A stretch of DNA of 64,000 nt from Pristiophorus japonicus (taxonomy: Eukaryota). Position 1 is the stretch's first letter; each line of letters begins with the position of its first letter. Positions 1-12,000 of this stretch are shown piece after piece. A program made the translations under genes and the position numbers. Where the stretch lies: contig NC_091980.1 in assembly GCF_044704955.1 (NCBI RefSeq), forward strand, positions 7,130,001 through 7,194,000, given 5' to 3'. Below the pieces are notes generated by a model that searched no databases, was not told the DNA's origin, and worked only from the letters and a program-made list of their open reading frames with translations.

Positions 1-54
1 GAGGAGGACACAGGACCGCAACTCCACCGAGCAGGTCCCGTACATTCTTTTTAA

Positions 55-372
55 TTTAATTCGTTCCGGGATATGGGCGTCTCTGGCAAGGCCGGTGTTT
101 ATTGCCCATCCCTAATTGCCCCTTGAGAAGGTGGTGGTGAGCCGCCTTCTTGAACCGCTGCAGTCCGTGTGGTGAAGGTGCTCCCACAGTGCTGTTAGGG
201 AGGGAGTTCCAGGATTGTGACCCAGCGACGATGAAGGAACGGACGACATATTTCCAAGTCAGGATGGTGTGTGACTTGCTAGGGGGGGAGCTTGGAGGTG
301 GTGGTGCTCCCATGCGTCTGCTGCCTTTGTCCATCTGGGGGATAGAGGTGGCGGGTTTGGGAGGTGCTGTCT
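55..372 (-). mobile_element. 3' end of a CR1-like LINE (related copies at ~19220-19470 and ~39740-39930)
   Basis: SWNSLP...GLQRFK ORF2 C-terminus; near-identical to the 19220-19470 copy. Confidence 0.75.
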
Positions 373-452
373 GAGAGTCTTTAATCTATTGTCGTTGACA
401 CAGTGACCATTGGGAGCAAGTCTACCTCAGGCTGCATTTATATTAAGGAAGA

Positions 453-490
453 CTAGTAAAAATTTCCAAGGCCAATTTCAGAAAGATAAA
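453..490 (-). CDS. CD74: Candidate CD74 terminal coding exon: (I)YLSEIGLGNFY*
   Basis: Acceptor tttctacatcctgcag in the only unique island left of the 5996 exon; phase-compatible and ends in TAG. No homology support, and the true last exon may lie outside the window. Confidence 0.3.
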
Positions 491-500
491 CTGCAGGATG

Positions 501-3500
501 TAGAAACATAGAAATTTACAGCGCAGAAGGAGGCCATTCCGGCCCATTGTATCTGCGCCGGCCGACAAAGAGCCGCACGGCCCTCGGTCAGCAGCCCTGA
601 AGATTACATATAAACCTATGAACAATGACGGAAAGGCAAAGAGCACCCAGCCCAACCAGTCCGCCCCACACAACTGCGACACCCCTTACACTGAAACATT
701 CTACACTCCACCCCAACCGGAGCCACGTGATCTCCTGGGAGAGGCAAAAACCAGATAAAAACACAGGCCAATTTAGGGAGAAAAAAACGTGGGAAAATTC
801 TTCTCCGACCCATCCAGGCGATCGAAACTAGTCCAGGAGATCACCCTGGCCGTATTCTATTCCCTGCAGTACTTACCATTATAACAAAAGGTCATCCAGT
901 CTAATCCCAATTACCAGCTCTAGGTCCGTAACCCTGCAGGTTACTGCACTTTAAGTGCCCATCTAACCATCTCTGAAAAGTGGTGAGGGTTTCTGCATCC
1001 ACCACTCTTCCAGGCAGCGAGTTCCAGATCCCCACAACCCTCTGCGTAAAGAAGCCCCCCCTCAAATCCTCTCTAACCTTCCACCAACCACCTTCAAACT
1101 ATGCCCCCTCATAATAGACCCCTCCATCAATGGAAATAGACCCTTACTATCCACTATGTCCAGGCCCCTCAATATTTTGTACACCTCAATGAGGTCTCCT
1201 CTCAACCTCCTCTGTTCCAATGAGAACAAACCCAGCCTATCCAATCTGTCCTCATAACTAAGATTCTCCATTCCAGGCAGCATCCTAGTAAATCTCCTCT
1301 GCACCCTCTCGGGTGCAATCATGTCCTTCCTATATAACGACGACGAGAACTGCACGCAGTACTCCAGCTGTGGCCGCACCAAAGTATTCTACAATTTAAG
1401 CATAGCTTCCCTGCTCTTATATTCTATGCCTCGGCCAATAAAGGCAAGCATTCCGTATTCTTTCTTAACCACCTGGCCTGCTACTTTCAGGGATCTGTGG
1501 ACAAGCACTCCAAGGTCCCTTTGTTCATCTACACTATTAAGTGGCCTACTGCTTAATGTGTATACCCTTTCCTTATTATCCCTCCCAAAGTGCATCACGT
1601 CACACTTCTCTGAGTCAAATTCCATTTGCCACTGCTCTGCCCACCTGACCAGTAGATGGATATCCTCCTGCAGCCCATGACTTTCCTCTTCATCATCAAT
1701 CACACATCCAATTTTAGTCTGCAAACTTCTTAATCATACTCCCTGTATTCAAATCTAAATCATTGATATATACCACAAAAAGCAATGAACCCAGTACTGA
1801 GCCCTGCAGAGCCCCACTGGAAACATCCTTCCAGTCACAAAAACATCTATCAATCATTACCCTTTGCTTCCTACCTCCAAGCCAATTTTGGATTCAACTT
1901 GACACTTTGCCCTGTATCCCATGGGCTTTTACCTTCATGACCAGTCTACCATGTGGGACCTTATCAAAAGCTTTGCTAAAGTCCATATATACTACATCAT
2001 ATGCATACCCTCATCGACCCTCTTGGTTACCTCCTCAAAAAATTCAATCGGGTTAGTCAGACACGATCTTCCATTAACAAATCCGTGATGACTGTCCCTA
2101 ATTAATCCTTGCCTTTCCAAATGCAGATTTATCCTGTCTTTCAGGATTTTTTCCAATAATTTTCCCACCACTGAACTTAGGCTGACCGGCCTGTAATTAC
2201 TCAGCCTATCCCTTTCTCCCTTCTTAAATAAGGGTACCACATTAGCAGTCCTCCAATCCTCCGGCACCATGCCCAGATCCAAAGAGGACTGAAAAATGAT
2301 GGTCACGGCCTCTGCTATTTCCTCTTTTACTTCGCTCAACAGCCTGAGATGCAGTTCATCCGGGCCTGGGGATTTATCTACTTTCAAAGCTGCGAAACCC
2401 CTTAATACTTCCTCACTCACTATATTTATTTCATCCAGAATTTCACACTCCTCCTCGATAGCAGTATCTGCATTGCCCCTTTCCTTTGTGAAAACAGATG
2501 CAAAGTATTCGTTCCCAACATCTTCCTCTTCCACACAAAGATTACCCTCATGGTCTCTAATAAGCCCTACCGTTTCTTTAGTTACCCTCTTACTCTTAGA
2601 AACATAGAAACATAGAAATTAGGTGCCCTTCGAGTCTGCACCACCATTCAATAAGATCTTGGCTGATCATTCAACCTCAGTATCCCTTTCCTGCTTTCTC
2701 TCCATACCCCTTGATCCCTTTGGCCGTAAGGGCCATATCTAACTCCCTTTTGAATACATCTAATGAACTGGCCTCAACAACTTTCTGCGGTAAAGAATTC
2801 CACTCTCTGAGTGAAGAAGTTTCTCTTCATCTCGGTCCTAAATGGCTTACCCCTTATTCTTTGACTGTGAACCCTGGTTCTGGAACTCTCCAGCAACGGG
2901 AACATTCTTCCTGCCTCTAACCTGTCCAATCCCATCAGAATTTTATATGTTTCTATGAGATCCCCTCTCATCCTTCTAAACTCCAGTGAATACAGGCCCA
3001 GTTGATCCAGTCTCTCCTCATATGTCAGTCCAGCTATCCCGGGAATCAGTCTGGTGAACCTTCGCTGCACTCTGTCAATAGCAAGAAGGTCCTTCCTCAG
3101 ATTAGGAGACCAAAACTGAACATAATATTCCAGGTGTGGCCTCACCAAGGCCCTGTACACCTGCAGTAAGACCTCCCTGCTCCTATACTCAAATCCTCTA
3201 GCTATGAAGGCCAACATGCCATTTGCCTTTTTCACCGCCTGCTGTACCTGCATGCCAAACATCAGTGACCGATGTACCATGACACCCAGGTCTCATTGCA
3301 CCTTCCCTTTTTTTAATCTGTCGCCATTCAGATAATATTCTGCATTCATGTTTTTGCCACCAAAGTGGATAACTTCACATTTATCTACATTATACTGCAT
3401 CTGCCATGCATTTGCCCACTCACCTAACCTATCTAAATCACCCTGCAGCCTCTTAGCATCCTCCTCACAGCTCACACCGCCACCCAGCTTAGTGTCATCT

Positions 3501-4900
3501 GCAAACTTGGGAGATATTACATTCAATTCCTTCATCTAAATCATTGATGTATATTGTAAATAGCTGGGGTCCCAGCACTGAACCCTGCGGCATTCCACTG
3601 GTCACTGCCTGCCATTCTGAAAAGGACCCGTTTATCCCGACTCTCTGCTTCCTGCCTGCCAACCAGTTCTCTATCTATGTCTGTACATTACCCCCAATAC
3701 CATGTGCTTTAATTTTGCACACTAATCTCTTGTGTGGGACCTTGTCAAAAGCCTTTTGAAAGTCCAAATACACCACATCCATTGGTTCTCCACTCTACTA
3801 GTTACATCCTCAAAAAATTCTAGAAGATTTGTCAAACATGATTTCCCTTTCATAAATCCATGCTGACTTGCACCGATCCTGTCACTGCTTTCCAAATGCG
3901 CTGCTATTTCATCTTTAATAATTGATTCCAACATTTTCACCACCACCGATGTCAGGCTAACCGGCCTATAATTACCCGTTTTCTCTCTCCCTCCTTTTTT
4001 AAAAAGTAGGGTTACATTAGCTACTCTCCAATCCATAGGAACTGATCCAGAGTCTATATAATGTTGGAAAATGATCACCAATGCATCCACTATTTCTTAG
4101 GCCACTTCCTTAAGTATTCTGGGATGCAGACTATCAGGCCCTGGGAATTTATCGGCCTTCAATCCCATCAATTTCCCTAACACAATTTCCTAACTAATAA
4201 GGATTTCCTTCAGTTTCTCCTTTTTGCTAGACCCTGGATCCCCTTGTATTTCCAGAAGATTATTTGTGTCTTCATTAGTGAAGACAGATCCAAAGTTTTT
4301 GTTCAATTGGTCTGCCATTTCTTTGTTCCCCATTATAAATGATAAATTATACAATATATTTATAGAACATCTTAGGGTTTTCCTTAATTTTACTGGCCAA
4401 GAATTTCTCGTGCTCTCTCTTTGCATTCCTAATATCCTTTTTAATTTTGCCTCTTAACTTTCTATATTCCTCTAAAGATTCTATATTCCTCTAACGTTTA
4501 TGTTGATAAATGACATCAGCGTCCCTTTTTTTCTTACTCCTCCTCTGTCAGTCCCGAGACATCTAAGGGGCTCTAGAATTATTTTTCCAAGTCTTTTTCT
4601 TTAAGGGCACATGTTTGCCCTCAGCCTTCTGGATCTCCTCCTTGAATGCCTCCCACTGTTCCGACACTGATTTACCCACAAGTAGCTGTTTCCAGTCCAC
4701 TGTGGCCAAATCACTCCTTAACTTAGCAAAATTAGTTTTTCCCCAATTCGGAACTTTTATTCCAGGCCTATTCTTGTCCTTATCCATAACCAACTTAAAT
4801 CTGACTGAATTATGGTCACTGGCACCCAAGTGCTCTCCCACTAATACCCCTTCAACCTGCCCAGCTTCATTCCCCAAAACTAAATCCAAGACTGCCCCCT
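501..4900 (-). mobile_element. Nested CR1-clade LINEs: an older copy (501-2597 plus 4345-4900) interrupted by a HER1-like copy (2598-4340)
   Basis: ORF2 remnants DLVL..SDHN (endonuclease end), KSPGPD, NYRPVSL, FADDTKL and RPHLEY; two (TTTCTATG)n tails at ~501 and ~2598. Confidence 0.9.
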
Positions 4901-4949
4901 CTCATATAACCAGGGATGATGATATAACACAATCACTATTACTCCTTCT

Positions 4950-5572
4950 ACAACAACTTGAATTTATATAGAGCCTTTAATTTAGTAAAACATTCCAAGG
5001 CGCTTTACAAAAGCGATTATGAAACAAAATTTGACAGCGACACGCAAGGAGATATTAGACAGGGCTGCAAAAGCTTGGTCAAAAAGGTCGGTTTTAAGGA
5101 GCATCTTAAAAGGGGGGGAAGAGAGGTAGAGAGACGGAGAGGTTTAGGGAGGGAATTCCAGAGCTTGGGGCCCAGGCAGCTGAAGGCAGGGCCGCCAATG
5201 GTTTAGCAATGAAAATCGGGGATGCTCAAGACGCCAGAATTGGAGTAGCGGAGATGTGGGGCTGGAGGAGATTACAGAGGTAGGAAGGGGCAAGGCCATG
5301 GAGGGATTTGAAAAGAAGGATGAGCATTTTTAATATCGACGCATTGCGGGCTGGGAGCCGGTGTAGGTCAGCAAGCAAAGGGGTGAGCGGGACTTGGTAC
5401 GAGTTCGGACACAGGGTAGCTGTGGTGTGGATGAGCTCAAGTGCGGAAGGTGGGAGGCCGGCCATTGAATAGTCGAAGTTAGAGGTCGTAGAAGTGTGAA
5501 TGAAGGTTTCAGCAGCAGATGAGTTGAGGCAAGGGGCGGAGATGGGCGATGTTACGGAGGTGGAAATAGGCG
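4950..5572 (-). mobile_element. L2-like LINE 3' fragment
   Basis: PLLADLH.LP...LLFKSLHGLAPSYLCNLL motif; tail ending ...ctatataaat..aagttgttg. Confidence 0.75.
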
Positions 5573-5995
5573 ATCCAATAAGTCCAATAAGGAATTCAGG
5601 AAAAAGTTCCTTACCCAGAGAGTGGTGAAAATGTGGAACTCGCTGCCACAGGGAGTGGTTGAGGCGCTAATATATATATTAGATAGACAGATAGATAGAT
5701 AATATATATATGGATAGAGATAGAGATATAGAGAGATAGAGGGAGAGAGGGAGAGAGGGAGATAGATGTGTGTATTACACGATGCATATAAATATAGATG
5801 CATTGAAAGAAGCTGGATAAACACATGAGAGAAAGGAATAGAAGGGTATGCTGATAGGGTGATAAAAAGTCAATCGACCAGGAGGAGGCTGGTGTGGAAC
5901 ATAAACACCAGCATAGACCTGTTGGGCCGAATGGCCTGTTTCTGTTCTATAATGTAATTTAAGGAACTCGTTAAAGAATATCATTGGCTACTTAC

Positions 5996-6040
5996 TTGCC
6001 TGCACGGCAGGAAGTTTCACACCTTCAGCTGCTCTGTATT
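5996..6040 (-). CDS. CD74: CD74 penultimate exon: [14 protein letters not shown]
   Basis: Strong acceptor ttgtttctttcaatcctcag and consensus donor GTAAGT; 45 nt, phase 1/1, open in the expected frame. There is little sequence homology to confirm it. Confidence 0.68.
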
Positions 6041-9000
6041 CTGAGGATTGAAAGAAACAATAATTGAAGGCGGCAGACAGACAAACATTGTAAATAAGAA
6101 TGTGAATTTATTAAAGCTTCTATAAAATCCAGTCTGGTGTCGGGGAGATCCAATTCCTGATACACTATGCACTTAATCTTCGATAGTGGAGGATGGTTAA
6201 ATATGTTGAAGTTGGTTGGGAGGGGGGGGGAGGGCGATCAGGGAATATATAGAAATTTCCCTCACCAGCATTAATGGGTGCGGAGCCCACGATAGGGGAG
6301 AGTGTCCATGGGCTGTGGGAGGGGATTCAATCAGTGGGTAGGGTCCATGATAGGGGAGAGTGTCCATGGGCTGTGGAAGATTAAATGGGTGGGTAGGGTC
6401 CATGATAGGGGAGAATGTACATGGGCTTTGGGAAGGTATTCAATGGGTGGGTAGGGTCCACGATAGGGGAGAATGTACATGGGCTGTGGGAGGGTATTCA
6501 ATGGGTGGGCAGGGTCCACGATAGGGGAGAGTGTACATGGACGGTGGAAGGAGTCGGAGTAATACATTGAATAGGCTTGTCTCATTCCATGATTTATGAT
6601 GTTCTTACGGTAGTGCATGTACCTGTGACATCACCAGCCCTAGCTTGGTGGGCCGAGTGCTGTAGTGCCAAGAGGTTGCTGAGCATGGAATCGCGCAATG
6701 GCTCGTACCCTGGAATCCCTGCAGACGAATCTGCTTTGCAAGATTACAGAGTGCTTTCACTCATACCGAGGAGTATGGGTCGGCAGTACTCTCCTATAGA
6801 GCCGTGGTTTGCGTGCTTGGTTATTTAATTCAGAGAACCGAAGACGAACACTGAAGAGCTGTAGAAAATCCCATTCTAGTTGGGAGTCCAAAGCAATCTC
6901 ACGGCCGTCCCCAAAATGTGCCGCGTAGGTTGACCATGGCTGCGGTAGTGTTTTGGCGGGACGCTATAATTCACCTCCGTATCCAAGAGTTTTTGCTCCT
7001 GATCCATGTTGGGTGACCCCATCTACGAAGGTATGAACATACGAACAGTGACGGACAGGTAAAGACCATCAAGATCAGCCGTGATCTCATTGAATGGCGG
7101 AGCAGGCTCGAGGGGCCAAATGGCCGACTCCTGCTCCTGTTTCTTATCTGGTCCATTGGTCCCACACAATTGCGATACCTTGTGTATCACAGCATATACA
7201 TTCTCCACCCCACCCCAAACCACATGTTCTCCTGGGAGAGGCCAAAAACAGATTTTAAAAATCCCAGGCCAATTTGGGAACAAAAAAATCTGGAAAATTC
7301 CTCTCCGACCCGTCTAGGCGATCGAAACTAGTCCAGGAGATCACTCTGGCCATTATTTTCCAATGCATGGGCATTGTGTGAGCCTATCGTTGGGCTCGAC
7401 TGAATTTGTATTGCCTCGAATAGAGACTATTGAAGGGTGATCTGATCAAGGCGTTTAAGCAACATAAGAGCATAAGAAATAGGAGCAGGAGTTGGCCATT
7501 TGGCCCCTCGAGCCTGCTCCACCATTCAATAAGATCATGGCTAATTTGATCCAGGCCTCAACACCATTTCCCCGCCCGCTCCCCATAACCCTTGACTCCC
7601 TTATCGTTTAAAACTATTTCTATCTCCACCTTAAATATATACAATGACCCAGCCGCCACAGCTATCTGGGGAAGACAATTCCAAAGATTCACATCTCTCA
7701 GAGAAGAAATTCCTCCTCATCTCAGTTTTAAATGGGCGACTCCTTATTCTGAAACTATGCCCCCTCGTTCTAGATTCCCCCACGAGACGAAACCTCCTCT
7801 CTGCATCTACCCTGTCGAGCCCCCTCAGAATCTTATATGTTTCAATAAGATCTCCTCTCATTCTTCTAAACTCCAATGAGTATAGGCCCAATCGGCTCAA
7901 CCTTTAAAATGACTTGACAGGGCAAGATGCAGAGAAACGTTTTATTCTGATGAAGGGGAGGGAAGAGATTCAAGAACGAGGGGCACGGATGTTCAAATTA
8001 GAGCAAGGCCCATTGAGGAGCAAAATCAGGACGCACTTCTTCAGACAAAGCCAATGTCACCCCCACCCCCGTCAAATATTTTTTTCCCTCCCGTGAGAGG
8101 TAACTTTTCCAGCGGCAAAGGTTGGTGAGCGGCGTACACGGGACCTCCCAATTGATGCACAGTCTGGCACCCGTGCACCTTGGAGCATGGGGGTGGGGGG
8201 GGAGGGGAAACAGTGCACAAAGGGTAGCGTAAATCTGGTACTCCCACTCCCCAAAACACTGTGGATGCTGGGGGTCAATTGAAGCTTTCAAGCCGAAGAT
8301 AGATTTCTTTTATTAAGGCAAGGTTATCGAGGGAAAGGGTCCAAAGGCGGGAAAGTAGAGTTGAGGTAGAGATCAGCCATGTTCAAATTGAATGATGGAG
8401 CAGCCTCTTAAGAACATAAGAAATTGGAGCAGGAGTAGGCCCTATGGCCCCTCGAGCCTGCTCCGCCATTCAATGAGATCATGGCTGATCTGATCTTGGC
8501 CTCAACTCTACTATCCCGCCTGCTCTCCATATCCCTCGATTCCCCTAGACCCCAAAAACTTACCGATCTCAGCCTTGAATATACTCAGAGACTCGGCTTC
8601 CACAGATCTCTGGGGCAGAGAACTTCAAAGATTCACCACCCTCTGAGTGAAGAAATTCCTCCTCATCTCAGTCCTAAATGGCCGACCCCTTATCCTGAGA
8701 CTGTGACCCCTGGTTCTAGACTCCCCAGCCCCGGGGGAAACATCCTCCCTGCATCTACCCTGTCAATCCCCCTCAGAATCGTGTATGTTTCAATGAGATC
8801 GCCTCGCATTCTTCTAAACTCCAGAGGGTATCGGCCCATTCTACTCAATCTCTCCTCTTGGGACAACCCTCTCTTCCCAGGAATCAGCCTGGTGAACCTA
8901 GGGGAAGGTGGGGGAGGCAGCTGGATGCACTCCTCCTGCTCCTATGATACAGGTTGGGGGCGGGAGACGTACTTTTGAAATCACAATCGTTTTCACAGGT

Positions 9001-12000
9001 AGATCAAGAAAACTAAGACGTACGTTCACAGTTATACAGTGGCAGACGAGTCTCTGTTTGTGGCACCTTGGTTCCATTCAGATAGACGCACCAGCAATCT
9101 CCCGTGCTGGGCCAGCACTGTATGGCTTTGTAGTTGCCCATCTCATCGCATTGGGGACAGAAGATGCCAGGAACAATCATCTTTCCCTTGCACTGCCTCT
9201 GACAGTCGGTTTCCGCCTTGGGTTCTACACAAGGGAAGATAATGACGGACGTCACAAGGGTGCTCTTCACGTGCTAATCTTCTCTGCCTCTGTCCTATGA
9301 TTCTCCGCCTCCTGTTCACATTCCTCCATGGCTGCCCCACCCCCAATTCCCTATCTCTGTAACCTTCTCCAGCCCTACAACCTTCCGAGATCTCCCAATT
9401 CTGGCCTCTTGATAAAACCTCTGAGTTCCATCGCTCCGCCATTGGCAGCCGTGCCTTCAGCTGCCTGGGCCCCAAGCTCTGGAACTCCCTCCCTAATCTT
9501 CTCCTCTGCTTTTAATTCGCTCCTTAAAACCTGCCTCCTTGACCAAGATTTCCTGTCCCAATATCTCCTTGTGTGGCTCGGTGTCAAATCGCTCCTGTGA
9601 AGCGAATGGTACATTTTACCACATCAAACTTGATGCCTCTGCATCTCCATTCGAGACGCGCAGGACTGCGAGGTGGTGCTGAGCTGGGTTTCATAACTGT
9701 TCTGACTCCTGGCTCTCCAGTAGAAGGAGGAGGGGGAACGTTCCAGGGGCGGGGAGAGAGGTTGTGTCTCAGTATCCTTCTTCTTCTTAGCCACCCCGAG
9801 ACCCCCCCCCAACCCCGGAGTCGAGGATGACTTGCTTCCGCACTAAAAGGAGTTCTCAGGTGAGTGATGAGACCAATGCGGGATGTACAGTCTCTGTCAC
9901 AGGTGGGGCAGACGGTGGTCGGAGGGGCGGGTGGGTGGGGGGCTTGGTTTGTCGTGCGCTCCTTCCGCTGTTTGTACTTTGCTTCTGCGTGCTCCCGGCG
10001 AAGAGATTCAAGGTGTTTGGCGTCTTCTCGGATGCTCCTCCTCCACTTTTTGAGCCGGTCTTGGGCCAGCGATTCCCGAGAGTCGGTGGGGATGTTAAAT
10101 TTTTTCACGGAGGCTTTGTGGGTGTCCTTGAAACGTTTTCTCTGCCCTCCTGGGGCTCGCCTGCCGTGACGGAGCTCAGAGTAGAGCCCTTGTTCGGGAG
10201 TCTAGTATCGGGCATGCGGACAATGTCCATCGAGGATGATCAATGCCTCGATGCTGGGGATGTTGGCCTGAGGGAGAATCTGTGGATTCGCTGCCTGAGA
10301 GAGCTGTGGAAGCTGAGTCATTTAATTTAATTTAAGACAGAAATAGACAGCTTCTTAATCAATAAGGGAATAAAGGGATCGTGGGGAACGGGCGGGCAAG
10401 TGCAGCTGAGTCCATGATCGGATCAGCCATGATCGTATTAAATGGCGGACCAGGCTCGAGGGGCCAAATGGCCTACTCCTGCTCCTATTTCTTATGGTCT
10501 TATGTAAACCTCTTCACTCAGAGGGTGGTGAATCTCTGGAATTCTCTGCCCCAGAGGGCTGTGGAGACTCAGTCGTTGAGTATATTCAAGACAGAGATCG
10601 ATAGATCTTTGGATATTAAGGGAATCAAAGGATATGGGGATAGTGCAGGAAAGTGGAGTTGAGGTAGAAGATCAGCCATGATCTCACTGAATGGCGGAGC
10701 AGGCTCGAGGGGCCGAATAGTCTACTCCTGCTCCTAATTCTTATGTTCCTTCTTATGATGGGCCTAAGTTGTGTGGAGAGACCGGAGAAGCTGGAATTGT
10801 TATTCTTGGAGCAGAGAAGGTTTGGAGGAGATTGACCAGAATGGTACCGGGGATGAGGGAGTTCAGTTATGTGGAGTGGGACAGAGACAGGGTATAGGGA
10901 CGGGTTAGGAGACGGAGATGAGGGGACAGGGAGGGGGGAATAAAGCGGGGTGGGATGAGGCTCATGTTTAAAATAATCACTGGCATGGACCAGTTGGGCC
11001 AAATGGCCTGTTTCTGGGCTGTAGATTTGATTATGTAAAAAAAAAACGTTCCTACACACAAGCTATTCTTTACTTGCAGACATAGCTCCTAAACTCCCGT
11101 GTTATTGACTCCCCAGTAGTAGGAAGGAAATGTCCCCCTAATCAATTACCTAATCAAAAACCCTTGAAAGGTTTACAAACCTCAATCAAATCTGCTCTTG
11201 GTCTTCTCTTCTCCAGTGCAAATAGTCCCAAAGATATCAAGTCTCTCCTCATAACCTGAGTCATACCCCCAGCGTCATTCTGATGAATCTAACCTGTATG
11301 CAGTCTATGTCTTTGGCTTGAAGCCCCCAGATGCTCACATGATCTGAATGGTGACAGATTAGGAAAAGGGGAGGTGCAACGAGACCTGGGTGTCATGTTA
11401 CATCAGTCATTGAAAGTTGGCATGGAGGTACAGCAGGTGGTGAAGGCGGCAAATGGCATGTTGGCCTTCATAGCGAGAAGATTTGCATACAGGAGCAGGG
11501 AGGTCTTACTGCAGTTGTACAGTGCCTTGGTGAGGCCACACCTTGAGTATTGTGTACCGTTTTGGTCTCCTAATCTGAGGAAGGACATTCTTGCTATTGA
11601 GGGAGTGCAGCGAAGGTTCACCAGACTGATTCCTGGGATGGCAGGACTGATATATGAAGAAAGACTGGATCGACTAGGCTTATATTCACTGGAATTTAGA
11701 AGAATGAGAAGAGATCTCATAGAAACATATAAAATTCTGCCGGGACTGGACAGGTTAGATGCAGGAAGAATGTTCCTGATGTTGGGGAAGTCCAGAACCA
11801 GAGGTCACAGTCTAAGGGTAAGGGGTAAGCCATTTAGGACCGAGATGAGAAGAAACTTCTTCACTCAGAGAATTATGGAATTCTCTACCACAGAAAGTTG
11901 TTGAGGCCAGTTCGTTAGATATATTCAAAAGGGAGTTAGATGTGGCTCTTACGGCTAAAGGGATCAAGGGGTATGGAGAGAAAGCAGGAATCGGGTACTG

